In this document: piece by piece, positions 8,477-20,300 of the stretch
Numbering within the stretch: the stretch's first letter is position 1
Layout: each line of letters begins with the position of its first letter
Source of the DNA: Waterburya sp.
GTDB taxonomy: Bacteria; Cyanobacteriota; Cyanobacteriia; Cyanobacteriales; Xenococcaceae
Assembly: GCA_965218345.1 (NCBI GenBank)
Contig: CBDCKS010000002.1
Location: 1,408,433-1,472,432 of the forward strand
DNA length: 64,000 nucleotides
Reading direction: 5' to 3'
The notes under the pieces: generated by a model
Databases searched by the model: none
Told to the model about the DNA's origin: nothing
Seen by the model: only the letters and a program-made list of their open reading frames with translations
Translations under genes and position numbers: made by a program

Positions 8477-10306
8477 TTAAATTGTTAAAGCAAACATTAA
8501 GCCGAGCAAGATAGTTCCCAGCACAATGGAAAGAAAATAAAACTGTGATTGACCAGAAGTGCTGTATTTAAGAGCCTGACCGCTAAACAAAGTACCGACT
8601 CCCACCAGGTTGACTACGCCATCCACAATATAGCGATCGCACCACGCCACAACTTTAGAAGTTACCCCAATTAAACTGACAATTGTTAAACGATATATGT
8701 CCTGAATATAGAGATCGTTGGCTAGTAATTGTTGTAGAAAAGTTGGCACTAACTCTACAGGTTTGTTCTTGCGTTCTTTGAGATATAAAAATGCAGCCAA
8801 GCTAAGACCCGTAAGGCTTGAACCAATCAAAAGTAACGCTACGTTTCGATCTAAATTAGCCCAGGTTGGTAATAAATCAAACTGCTGCAAGATAAAAGGA
8901 AAATGCAGGGCAACTCCCGTTAAGATAGTCATCGGCAAGATCATTGCCCACAAAACTTCGGGACAACGTTTGCTCATCGCTTGAACTTTACCCCCAAAGA
9001 CTAAGCCAAATACCCGCATTAAATTAAACGCAGTTAAACCGTTTACCAATACCAATACCCCTAACAAGATAGGCTGCACATCCAATAAATAATCCCCTAA
9101 TTCCAACAATGCCCAAAAACCACCTAAAGGAGGAATGGCAATCAAGCTAGCAGCGCCAACTAGAAATGTAATTCCACTCACGGGACGACAACCAAATATA
9201 CCGCCCAACAGCGTAATATCTTGGGTAATGTTGCTGATGATGATCGAGCCAGCACTCATATATAACAAAGTCATTGCCACAGCATGAATCAAAATCAAGA
9301 GTAGGGCTGCATGGTTTACCCCTACTGCTACGGCAATAAAGACAAAGCCCATATAGGCACTGACCGAATAAGACAAAGTGCGTTTAAAATCTACTTGGGC
9401 GATCGCAATTAGAGACGCGCTAATGGCTGTAAATGAACCAACGCAGATCATCACCAAATTGGAAATAGCCGACTGTGCCAGCACAGGCTGTAGCTGAATT
9501 AGCACATAAGCACCCGTTGCTACCACAATCGAGTTACGTAGCATAGAGGCGGGAACTGGTCCTTCCATCGCTTCATCTAGCCATAGCTGCAAAGGAAACT
9601 GAGCGCATTTAGCTAAAGGTCCAGAAATCAAAGCCAAACAGAGTAAATTAGCCGTTAATGGACTTAAGCTAGCCACCTTTGACCACTCTGCCAAGTCGTC
9701 ATAGTTCAGAGTACCTGTAAAAGACCAAAGAGATATTATCCCGATCAGCAGCAATAAATCCCCTACCCGCTTTGTCCAAAAGGCATCCCTCGCCCCTGTA
9801 ACTACCAGAGGTTGAGCAAACCAAAAGCCGACAATTAAATAGGTAGCTAAGGTAAGCAATTCTAAAAACACATAGCTAAAAAAGAGAGTGTTGCATAAAG
9901 CTAGACCACATAAACCCGCTTCAAAGAAGCCCATCAAGGCATAAAATCGCCCCCAGCCCCAGTCCATCTCCATATAACCAACGGCATATAGCTGTGCCAA
10001 AATGTTTAATCCTGTGATTAAAACTAATGCCCCCACGGTAATTGCAGAGATTTTGATATCAAAGGAGATATATAAACCCGCTGCAGTTAGCCAAGGAAAT
10101 CTTATTTCTTGGATTGGTTGCTGCCAAACTGCTTGTAAAGCCAAGATGCTGTGGGCAAATGCCACGCAGGTTATAACTAAATTAATATATCCTGCTGGTC
10201 TAGAGCCAGTTTTTTTAATAATTCCTGGCGACCACATTAAGGCTAATGTCGTCCCGACTAGTGCATAGCAAGGTACTAGCCAGATACTTTCACTAAATAT
10301 CTGCAT
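8477..10306 (-). CDS. ndhF3: NAD(P)H-quinone oxidoreductase subunit F3 (NuoL/NdhF antiporter-like)
   Basis: A 609-aa polytopic NuoL-type protein and the first gene of the ndhF-(CA)-ndhD-cupA string. Confidence 0.8.
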   Translation of the reverse strand: MQIFSESIWLVPCYALVGTTLALMWSPGIIKKTGSRPAGYINLVITCVAFAHSILALQAVWQQPIQEIRFPWLTAAGLYISFDIKISAITVGALVLITGLNILAQLYAVGYMEMDWGWGRFYALMGFFEAGLCGLALCNTLFFSYVFLELLTLATYLIVGFWFAQPLVVTGARDAFWTKRVGDLLLLIGIISLWSFTGTLNYDDLAEWSKVASLSPLTANLLCLALISGPLAKCAQFPLQLWLDEAMEGPVPASMLRNSIVVATGAYVLIQLQPVLAQSAISNLVMICVGSFTAISASLIAIAQVDFKRTLSYSVSAYMGFVFIAVAVGVNHAALLLILIHAVAMTLLYMSAGSIIISNITQDITLLGGIFGCRPVSGITFLVGAASLIAIPPLGGFWALLELGDYLLDVQPILLGVLVLVNGLTAFNLMRVFGLVFGGKVQAMSKRCPEVLWAMILPMTILTGVALHFPFILQQFDLLPTWANLDRNVALLLIGSSLTGLSLAAFLYLKERKNKPVELVPTFLQQLLANDLYIQDIYRLTIVSLIGVTSKVVAWCDRYIVDGVVNLVGVGTLFSGQALKYSTSGQSQFYFLSIVLGTILLGLMFALTI

Positions 10307-10369
10307 AATAGATGATGTAGTTATAACTGCTGGTTGAAAATTAAGTACTTTACTTAAATTTATTCTAAA

Positions 10370-10423
10370 AATTACTATAGATTAAAACCAATACTTTGTA
10401 AATTACTATTTATTAATTACTAT
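10370..10423. promoter_or_regulatory. Three copies of AATTACTAT in the ndhF3 / AraC divergent promoter region
   Basis: Exact 9-mers at 10370-10378, 10401-10409 and 10415-10423, which is 64-117 bp upstream of the ndhF3 start (10306). Confidence 0.4.
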
Positions 10424-10619
10424 GATAAGCCTAACAAATAATAACCCGAAAACTAGCTGACACTAAATCCTGTTCACAAAGGTTACTTATGTATCGCCTC
10501 TTGCACCCCCAAAATGACGGATGTCTTTAGTAATTTAAAAAGAGTACTATAAGCGAAAATGCTTTCCGACTCAAGTATTTGTTAAGTTTGGTAAGAGTTC
10601 AGCAGCCAGTATAAAAACC

Positions 10620-11513
10620 ATGACTAGAGAACAGCCCTTAATACTCGATGCTGCCAGCGACGAATCCATTTCAAAAATTAGTCCAAGTGCGCCAATTCTC
10701 TCTGGTCAAAAAGCATTCTGGAATGGAGTTAAAGTTAGCTACCACAAATGCCCCAAACCCTTTGAGACCCCTGAGCATTATTTTTCGCAGCATCTTATCA
10801 CAATCCATCTCAATCACAGGGCAGTACTCAAAGAGCAATTGTTAAATGGTCATCTACGAGGCGATCGCTTTTTTAACGGCGATATTTGTTTAACCCCTGC
10901 AAATACTCCTGTGTTGGTTCGTTTACAGGATTCAATCGAGTTTATTTCTCTACACCTTGAACCAGCATTTATGAAGCAGATCGCGACGGGCGTGGTCGAT
11001 TCTGATCGACTTGAGGTTGTACCCCAATTTAAGTTAAATGACCCGCTAATTTATCAAATTGGGATTGCTCTAAAAGCAAATCTTGAATCTGAGGGTGTAG
11101 GCGATCGCCTCTACACCGAATCAATGGCAACCGCACTTTCTGCTCATTTGCTACAGCACTACTCGACACAAAAGCCCAAAATTAAAAGCTATTCTGATGG
11201 ATTATCCCAGGTTCGATTACGACAAGTGACTGAATATATTCATCAGCATTTAGCGCAGAATCTTAGCCTAATTATGATGGCTGAAATCGTGCAGATGAGT
11301 CCTTATTACTTTAGCCGTTTGTTTAAACAATCGACAGGATTGACCCCACATCAGTATTTACTCAAATGCCGAACTGAACTGGCGAAACAACTGCTCAAGA
11401 GTACAGATCTATCGATCGCTGACATTGCAGATCAGGTCGGCTTTGTCGATCAAAGTCATCTCAACCGTCATTTCAAGCGTCATTTTGGTATTTCACCTAG
11501 CCAAATTCGCTAG
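10620..11513 (+). CDS. AraC-family transcriptional regulator
   Basis: C-terminal double HTH (MSPYYFSRLFKQSTGLTPHQYL ... VGFVDQSHLNRHFKRHFGISPSQ) with an N-terminal cupin-like sensor region. Confidence 0.85.
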   Translation: MTREQPLILDAASDESISKISPSAPILSGQKAFWNGVKVSYHKCPKPFETPEHYFSQHLITIHLNHRAVLKEQLLNGHLRGDRFFNGDICLTPANTPVLVRLQDSIEFISLHLEPAFMKQIATGVVDSDRLEVVPQFKLNDPLIYQIGIALKANLESEGVGDRLYTESMATALSAHLLQHYSTQKPKIKSYSDGLSQVRLRQVTEYIHQHLAQNLSLIMMAEIVQMSPYYFSRLFKQSTGLTPHQYLLKCRTELAKQLLKSTDLSIADIADQVGFVDQSHLNRHFKRHFGISPSQIR

Positions 11514-11608
11514 ATCACAAGAATGTACTAGCGAAAAGCAAGATCGTCCAAGACAATCAGGCTTCATTTCTCCTAAGATTTCTGTAGATTGTTCAATCAA
11601 GGTATTTA

Positions 11609-12109
11609 ATGAATCATCCAGACGCACCCATTCCTTTTTTATCAAATCGTGAAGATGCTCCCGCATACTGGAATGTAGACATTTTGTGGCTCATTCATGC
11701 CAGCAGTCAGCAAACTGGAGGTGCTTACTGCTTGCTAGAACAGTTTTGCCCTAAAAATTCAGGTCCACCGCCTCATTATCACGATCAAGATGAGGGGTTT
11801 TATCTCCTAGAAGGAGAAATCACTTTTCAAGCAGGTGATGAAATTTTGAAGGCTCAGGATGGCTTTTATATCTCAATTCCGCGCGGTACAGTTCATTCAT
11901 TTCGTGTCGATAGTGAGGTTGCACAAATTCTCAACTTCTATACGCCTGGTGGATTCGAGGAGATGATCGTTGAAACAAGTCAGCCAGCACTGACGCGTAC
12001 TCTACCACCACCAGGGATCGAGAGACCCACTTCTCCTGATGGATTTAAGCAAGTGTTCCAGAAGATTGGAATGTACTGGGTTGATTTACCAGACTCGCTC
12101 CGCTTATAA
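11609..12109 (+). CDS. Cupin-domain protein
   Basis: Cupin motifs PPHYHDQDEGFYLLEGEI and GTVHSF. Confidence 0.7.
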   Translation: MNHPDAPIPFLSNREDAPAYWNVDILWLIHASSQQTGGAYCLLEQFCPKNSGPPPHYHDQDEGFYLLEGEITFQAGDEILKAQDGFYISIPRGTVHSFRVDSEVAQILNFYTPGGFEEMIVETSQPALTRTLPPPGIERPTSPDGFKQVFQKIGMYWVDLPDSLRL

Positions 12110-12166
12110 GCAAACTTTGAGCGATATTTACTGACACAGCACAAAAGTCAAATTCTGAGAAAAAAT

Positions 12167-13057
12167 ATGTCACAAAAAATTTTAGTAGCAGGCGCAACAG
12201 GTAATCTAGGCGAACGAATCGTCAAAGCTTTGATCAAAAGAGGGGCGCAGGTACATATTCTTAGTCGCCAAGAAACCAACCCAGCAAAAACCAAGCAACT
12301 GAGCGAACTTGGTGCGGAGGTCATTGCAGTAAATATGTCAGATGCTGAAGAGCTTAAACGTGCCTGTCAAGGAGTGTCCTGTGTTGTCTCTGCGTTGGCA
12401 GGGCTGCACGATGTAATCGTAGATTCCCAAACGCTATTGCTAGATGCAGCGATCGCTGCTGGCGTACCCCGATTCATTCCATCCGATTTTTCATCTGACT
12501 TTACCAAAATGTCTGAAGGTGAAAATAGGAATTTCGATTTAAGAAAAGAATTTCATCAATACTTGGATAAATCATCAATTGCTGCAACCTCTATAATGAA
12601 TGGTGCTTTTGCAAATATATTGAGCTATGGTACGCCACTTTATAAGCCAAACGATCGCAGTGTTGCTTATTGGGGAAATAACCCTGACTGGAAAATAGAC
12701 TTTTCGACGATGGACAATACGGCAGATTATACTGCCGCCACAGCGTTAGACTCCACAACTCCAAAAATTCTACGCATCGCCAGCTTCCAGATTAGTCCAA
12801 ACGAATTGGTTGCTCTAGGCGAAGAAGTTAAAAAGACAAAATTTAAACTCGTGCCGATGGGAAGCTTGGAAGATTTTTCTGCCTCAAACAAAAGGGATCG
12901 AGCAGCACACCCAGAAGGAGAAGAAGAGATGTACCCGCAGTGGCAAGCTATGCAGTATTTGTACAGTATGTTCAGCGTTCAAAATCAACCACTGGATAAT
13001 GATCGCTATCCAGATGTTCAGTGGAAAAGGGCGATGGATGTAGTTTCAAAAATTTAA
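12167..13057 (+). CDS. NmrA-like / isoflavone-reductase-like NAD(P)-binding protein
   Basis: N-terminal ILVAGATGNLGERIVKALIKRG Rossmann motif; 296 aa. Confidence 0.8.
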   Translation: MSQKILVAGATGNLGERIVKALIKRGAQVHILSRQETNPAKTKQLSELGAEVIAVNMSDAEELKRACQGVSCVVSALAGLHDVIVDSQTLLLDAAIAAGVPRFIPSDFSSDFTKMSEGENRNFDLRKEFHQYLDKSSIAATSIMNGAFANILSYGTPLYKPNDRSVAYWGNNPDWKIDFSTMDNTADYTAATALDSTTPKILRIASFQISPNELVALGEEVKKTKFKLVPMGSLEDFSASNKRDRAAHPEGEEEMYPQWQAMQYLYSMFSVQNQPLDNDRYPDVQWKRAMDVVSKI

Positions 13058-13075
13058 ACCATTTTTTTAAAGGAG

Positions 13076-14224
13076 TTAAATTAGATATTTCAAGATCTCT
13101 TCCGCAGAAAAAGAGCGTTTTTGTTGAATAGCAAGATTTTTTATTTTTTCCCTAAACTCTTGATATTTTTCTTTGCTTAGAGGCTGGTTTAGATGATGCT
13201 CAAATAAATATTTAAAGTTACTCGCACCACTAAATTTGCCAAACCAGATTTCAGGTTGACCATGAGGGAAAAGATAGTAGCTAGTGGAGTCACAAAATAA
13301 GGAATCTACATGAATTCCTGTTTCATAGCGCAAGCTGGCGGGGGAATAAGGAGTATTGGCAGTAAATCCCTGACTGGATAGATAGTCAGTCACTTCAGTA
13401 AAAGCATCGTAGTTTATTCCTGCTACCTGCCAACCATAGCGCAGTTTTAAGCCATTTAAAACTTGTTCTAGTGCTACATTCCCCGCTCTTTCGCCAATGC
13501 CATTAAACGTACCCGAAATGCCCGTCGCCCCAGCTAAAACTGCTTGAATAGTATTTTCTAAAGCTAAACCGCGATCATTGTGAAAATGGACAGACAAAGG
13601 GGTTTGGTTGCCAGTAAACTCGATTAAATTTCTGATCCAAAGCTTAGTATTTTCAGGGGTAAGAATGCCGACGGTATCGCAGAGTAGGAATTGCTTAAGA
13701 TAAGGCTGTAATTTTGTAATACACTCTACCAAAAAGTCAAAATCAGCACGACTGGCATCTTCGGCGGCAAAACATATTTTTAAACCTTTAGCAGCAGCGT
13801 ATTTTAGATGTGCCAAAACTTTGTCTAGCATTCGTTGGCGGATTTGATGAATTGTTGCGGGATCTAGATCCTGACTAGTTTGGTAGCGCAACTGAGGATC
13901 TCTTAAACATAATAGGCGATCGCTGACTGCATTGAAAAGTATAATTGTCTCTACACCACACTCTTTTGACTCGTCTATATAACTCTCTCCCATCATGGTA
14001 GAGGCGACGATAGTTTTGTTAGATCCTTGGTCAATTAAACTTTTGACTAACTTAGCTTCTGTATGATGAATGGCTGGCATTAAAGCCAAATGATGTACTC
14101 CTGTTTTGATAATTAAGTCAGCTAGAGTACGCTTAATTTTTTCATCAAAAAAAATGCCAACCTGTTGTTCGCCATCTCTGAGGGTTTCGTCAAAAATAGT
14201 AAGTGTAACCGTTTTCATCACCAA
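13076..14224 (-). CDS. LeuA/NifV-type (DRE-TIM, HMGL-like) 2-oxoacid Claisen condensase; homocitrate/2-isopropylmalate synthase-like without regulatory domain
   Basis: FDETLRDGEQ near the N-terminus and HFHNDRGLALENTIQAVLAGA metal-binding motifs. At 382 aa it lacks a LeuA C-terminal dimer/regulatory domain. It is divergent from the PKS with a 125-bp spacer. Confidence 0.8.
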   Translation of the reverse strand: MVMKTVTLTIFDETLRDGEQQVGIFFDEKIKRTLADLIIKTGVHHLALMPAIHHTEAKLVKSLIDQGSNKTIVASTMMGESYIDESKECGVETIILFNAVSDRLLCLRDPQLRYQTSQDLDPATIHQIRQRMLDKVLAHLKYAAAKGLKICFAAEDASRADFDFLVECITKLQPYLKQFLLCDTVGILTPENTKLWIRNLIEFTGNQTPLSVHFHNDRGLALENTIQAVLAGATGISGTFNGIGERAGNVALEQVLNGLKLRYGWQVAGINYDAFTEVTDYLSSQGFTANTPYSPASLRYETGIHVDSLFCDSTSYYLFPHGQPEIWFGKFSGASNFKYLFEHHLNQPLSKEKYQEFREKIKNLAIQQKRSFSAEEILKYLI

Positions 14225-14349
14225 ACATTATCACAATAGCAATACATAATACGTAGGATTATTAAATTAGATGCACTCTGATTGGAAACTTACCTTTAAT
14301 CACAACAATTTGCTATAAAGTAACTCTAAATTTGATAAATCGGTAGTGA

Positions 14350-17300
14350 GTGAGTAGGGTGTCATCTATGAATCAGTTGTCAGAACAAGAGTCAGCTAAT
14401 CTGTCTATTAGTCACGGGGATGCTTTACCAAGTTCTGTTTTAACCATGAATTCGTTGTCAGAAATTCTTGTGCGCGCGGCAGCTTACGAAACAGGAATCA
14501 CGATTAAAAGTGACCGTAAGACAGAGATTTTTTTATCTTACAGCGATTTACTTCAAGAAGCTGAAGCTATTTTAAGCGGATTGCGTCAAAAAGGTTTACA
14601 GCCACAGGATCGGGTGATTTTGTATCTGCGAGATCCTCGGTATTTTTTTGCTGGTTTGTGGGGCTGTTTTTTGGGGGGATTTGTGCCAATTCCCTTAAGT
14701 GTGGATTTGAATTTTAATAGCAGCAAATTACATCAAACGTGGGAACTATGCCAGTCTTCTTTAATTATTACCGACAGCGACATCAAAGATTTGGAAGCGA
14801 TCGCACTCAAGAGCTTATTGGCTAACGAACCTGACAGTAATTGGCATTGTAGTCAGCTAGACGACTTAGCTTTGTTGCTGTTTACCTCTGGTAGTACGGG
14901 AAAGTCAAAAGGAGTAATGTTGTCGGCGCGTAATCTTTTGGCTAGTGTTTACGGCATGGCGAAAGTAAATAATCTATCTCAACAGGATGTTACTTTAAAT
15001 TGGATGCCCATAGAACACGTTGCTAGTTTAGTAATGTTTCATTTGACTGAGGTTTACCTTGGATGTGGGCAAATTCAGGTCAAAAGCGAATTAATTCTCC
15101 AAAATCCGTTGCAATGGTTGAATTTGATCGATCGATATCGCGTTACCGCTACCTGGAGTCCAAATTTTGCCTATAACTTAGTTAATAAAAAGCTAGCAGA
15201 TGCAGCAGAACATAACTGGGATTTGTCCTGTTTGCGCTGGATGGGCAATGGTGCAGAAGCGGTTGTAGGTCAAACTACTCAGCGTTTTTTAGAATTACTC
15301 GCACCCTATGGCTTAAAATCTTCTGTAGTTAGTCCTGGCTATGGAATGTCAGAAACGACATCAGGAATAGCCCATTCTAATGACTTTTATCCTAATATGA
15401 ATCGGCAGTTTGTGCAAGTAGGCGCACCTATCCCTGGAATATCTCTAAGAATTGTGGATGAGAAAAATGAGCTTGTCCCCGAAGGAAAGATAGGCTTGTT
15501 ACAGGTAAAGGGCGAAACGGTTACGGCGGGGTATTATCAGCAGCCAGAATTAAACGAAGAGATATTTACTGCTGATGGCTGGTTCAATACGGGAGACTTA
15601 GGCTTTTTGAGCGCAGGACGACTGACGATTACTGGTCGTCAAAAAGACGTGATGATTATTAACGGGGTTAACTATTACAACCATGATATCGAAACTGTAG
15701 TCGAAGCGATCGTCAATGTTACTATTTCTTATACGGCGGCTTGTGGCGTAAAAGACAGTAACGAGCAAGAACAAATAGCAATCTTTTTTAATACCAACCA
15801 GAAGGAAGACAAGCTAAGAGAATTAATCAATCAAATACGTAAAGCAGTCTTTGAGCAGATAGGAGTCGCACCAGCCTATATTATCCCCGTTACTAAAGAT
15901 GCTATTCCCAAAACGGCGATTGGTAAAATTCAAAGATCCCAGCTTGGTCAAAGATTTGCAGCAGGAGAATTTAATAAGGTAGCAGAAGAAGTTGCCGAGT
16001 CATTTAACCAAAGAGATTTAAGTCAGCAGGAGTTGCCAAGTAATGCGATCGAGCAACAACTGGTTGAAGTATGGAAAGAAGTTTTAAATTTGGCTACCGT
16101 AAGCGTAAACGATAACTTTTTTGAGTTAGGCGGTAATTCTCTATTACTGATGCAGGTATTGAGCAAATTAACGCCTGAATATAATCATCTATCTGCGGTA
16201 ACGTTATTTCAATATCCTACTATTTCTGCTTTAGCTAATTATCTCAACTGCGATCGGGAGTCTGTTGCAGTACAGCAGGGTAAACGTCGGGGAGAATTAC
16301 GCCGTCAAGCTACAGTCAATAAAGACGTGGCAATTATTGGGATGTCCTGTCGTTTTCCTGGGGCAAATAATATAAAGGAGTTTTGGCATAATCTTTGTAA
16401 TGGTGTAGAGTCCATTAGCTTTTTTAAAGATCGCGAAATTCTCGACTCTGGAGTTGATGCTGAATTACTCAATAATCCCAACTACGTAAAAGCTAGTCCA
16501 ATTCTCGACGACATAGCAGGTTTTGATGCGGATTTTTGGGGCTATAGTCCCAAAGAGGCGCAATTATTAGATCCGCAACAGCGTTTATTCCTCGAATGCG
16601 CTTGGTCAAGTTTAGAAGATGCGGGGTACGATCCTTTTACTTACAAAGGAGAGATCGCGCTTTACGGTGGTGCAGCAACTAATACATATTTGCTTAATAA
16701 TATTTATCCCAACCGCCACAGTATTGATGAACAGGATGACTTGCAGGTAATGAATTTAAGCTCAATGGGAGGCTTTCAAGTCAGTACGGCAAACGACAAG
16801 GACTATCTTACTACTAGGACATCCTATAAATTAAATCTTACAGGTTCTAGTGTAAATGTGCAAACCGCTTGTTCTACATCCTTGGTTACAGTTCACTTAG
16901 CTTGTCAAAGCTTAATCAACTCTGAATGCGATATAGCCCTAGCGGGAGGAGTTTCTGTTCACTCTCCGCAGAAAATGGGCTATTTATACCAAGAAGGAAT
17001 GATTTTATCTCCTGATGGTCACTGTCGCGCTTTTGATGAGTCAGCAAGTGGGACGATCTTTGGTAGTGGCGCGGGGATGGTGGTGCTGAAGCTATTAGAT
17101 AAAGCAATAGAAGATGGCGATCGCATTTATGGAATTGTCAAAGGATCGGCAGTTAATAATGATGGTGGCACCAAAGTCGGTTATTTTGCTCCCAATGTAG
17201 ATGGGCAAACTAGAGTAGTAGCCGAAGCATTAGCATACGCAGACATACCACCGCAATCTGTTAGCTATATTGAAGCACACGGTACAGGAACAAAGCTAGG

Positions 17301-20300
17301 CGATCCCATTGAAATCAAGGCATTATCCCGAGCATATCATGATGATACCAGAAAAACAGGTTATTGTGCGGTTGGTTCAGTTAAAACCAATGTGGGACAT
17401 TTACAGATGGCATCGGGGATAGTTGGCTTAATTAAAACTACCCTTTGTTTATATCACCAAAAAATACCTGCTAGTCTACACTTTAATAATCCTAATCCCC
17501 AGATAGATTTTGAGTGCAGTCCTTTTTATATTAATACTCAGTTACAAGACTGGAAAACTGATAACTATCCCCGTCGTGCTGGAGTAAATTCCCTGGGTAT
17601 TGGTGGTACTAATGCTCACTTAATTTTAGAAGAGTTTACTGTAGAAAAAAGCAATAAGCAACAGCTTCCAGGATATTTATTAACCCTATCAGCGAAAACT
17701 GAAACCGCATTACAGGAGTTAGTAAAAAGCTATCAGGATTATGTAAGGGCGAACAGCCCTTCGCCCCTACGAGATATATGTTTTACCAGTAATATTGGTA
17801 GACATCACTTTGATTATCGGCTAGGTATTGTTGCCAGAGATAAACAAGAATTAGCCGACAAATTAAACCAAGTGTCTATAGGAAATCAGCTTCAGCATAA
17901 TCATAAAATAGCTTTTCTGTTTGCAGGACAAGGCTCACAATATGTTGACATGGCACAACAATTGTATGATATTCAACCTATTTTTAGAGAGAATTGCGAT
18001 CGCTGTTTGGAAATTCTACAGCCTGATTATGATAAAGCATTGCTGGAAGTATTTATTGACTTGAATGAAAATTATCTCGCGCAAAGCGGTGAGACCCCGC
18101 GTCGGCGAAAGACGCAAGGGAACGCTCACCAAGACAGACGCGAAGACGCAAAGATTGGAATTACAAGCTTATCTGCAAATGGCTATAGACAATCATTAAT
18201 TAACGAAACCCAATACACCCAACCGTTATTATTCACGATTGAATACTCCCTGGCGCAACTATGGTTATCTTGGGGAATAAAACCTGATGTAGTAATGGGT
18301 CATAGCATCGGTGAATATGTAGCTGCTTGTATTGCAGGAGTATTTAGTTTTGAGGATGCTTTAAAACTTGTTTCAGCCAGATCGAAGCTAATACAAAGCT
18401 TACCAACAAATGGCGCAATGCTGGCTGTTTTTTGCAATCAAGAAAAAATAGATTTTGTCTTAAATAAAAATATAAATATTGCTGCCTACAATGGATCGCA
18501 TATAGTCTTGTCTGGTTTACAAGCTGATATTAATAATATTGCTAAAAAGTTACGGTTACAGAAGTTAAAAACTCAACTATTAAATGTATCTCATGCTTTT
18601 CATTCTCTTTTAATGCAGCCTATTATAGAGGATTTTGAAAAAGTTGCTAAAACTATCAATTATTCTCTACCACAGATACCAATTGTTTCTAACTTGACTG
18701 GAGAATTGGCTAACGAAACTGTAAGCACTCCTGCTTATTGGATAGATCATATTTTAAAGCCAGTTCAATTTGCCAAAAGTATTAAATATTTAGCTCGGCA
18801 AGTGAGTATATTTCTAGAAGTCGGCACAAAACCAACTTTGACAGGAATGGCGCAAAGTATTTCAGATAATAAACTATTTTTGCATAGTCTTAATCCTAAA
18901 CATGATGACTGGCTACAAATATTAGAGGCATTATCACAGCTATATATTGCAGGAATAGATATTAATTGGTCAGAAGTCAGCAAAAACTATAACGGTAAAA
19001 AAATATCTTTACCTACTTACCCTTTTCAAAGACAAAGACACTGGTTTGATATCCCTAAACCAGACATTATTAGGCAATATAAAAATAATACGCTACAGAC
19101 TACTCACCCTTTATTAGGAAAGCCTTTATCTTCTCCTTTAAAACAAACAATATTTCAATCTCACCTCCAATCTAATAGTATTACTTGGCTGCAAGATCAC
19201 TGTTTGGCTAACAAGCCTGTCCTTCCTGGTACTGCTTATTTAGAAATGATCATAGCATCTGGAGTATTTCAGTTTAAAACTAACCGACTAACTATTAAAG
19301 ATGTAGCTATTGATTCCCCTCTCTATATAAAAGAAAGTTATGTACCTGAAATTCAGTTAATCTTGTCTCCCGAACAAAATACTGCAACTTGTAAAGTTTA
19401 CAGTTTTGATAATGATAATGAACAATGGCAATTAAATAGTTCTGGTCAAGTTTTACCTCTAGAAACCACAGAAAATATACAGTTAGAAGCTATTAAATCT
19501 CAATTTAAAAATTTAGAGTTAGACGTTACTCACTACTATCAACAGTGTCAGCAACGAGGGATTAACTATGGTAAAAGCTTCCAGGGAATAAAACAATTAT
19601 GGGCAAATGAAAATGAGGCTTTAGGATTAATTGAATTACCAAATCATTTAAACAGCAAGGAATATCATTTCCATCCTGCATTATTAGATTCTTGTCTACA
19701 AATATTATTTGCAGCTTTGCCAAGCGAGTTGTCTACCACAACCTATATTCCTGTCGGCTTGGATAAATTGGATTTGTATAGTCTGCCAGGGGATAAAGTC
19801 TGGAGTTATCTAGAATTAGAACAAGACAGTAAATATAACACAGGCTTGTCAGCCAAAATCCAGCTATATAATGATTACGGCGATTTGATTGCCAAACTCA
19901 CAGGCTTGAAATCTCAAGCAATAAATTCCCAACCTCGTTGGCAAAATTGGCTATATCAGCAGCAATGGATACAGCAGCCTTTATCATCTAAATCTTCTTT
20001 GGCTATCAAAACTGGTACGTGGTTGATTTTTGCCGACAGTACAGGTATGGGTAACAAGTTACTTACGCTTTTAGAATTACAGCAGCAACAATGTCGTCTT
20101 GTTACCCGCCATATTATTAAAGATAACCCTGAAGCATTTCAAAGTTTAATACAGCAACATCAAGATCTAGCAGGGGTTATTTATCTTTGGAGTTTAGATG
20201 AGATCGAAGATTGGCGAGAGTGTGAAAGTTATTTATATTTGGTACAGGCTTTAATACAACACAATGATAATCCTCCCTTGTGGTTTGTTACCCGTAATGC

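Noticed and set aside
11425-11652. 75-aa plus-strand ORF bridging the AraC gene end and the cupin gene start
   Set aside because: It is out of frame relative to the two well-supported flanking genes, overlapping both of them, and has no motif support.
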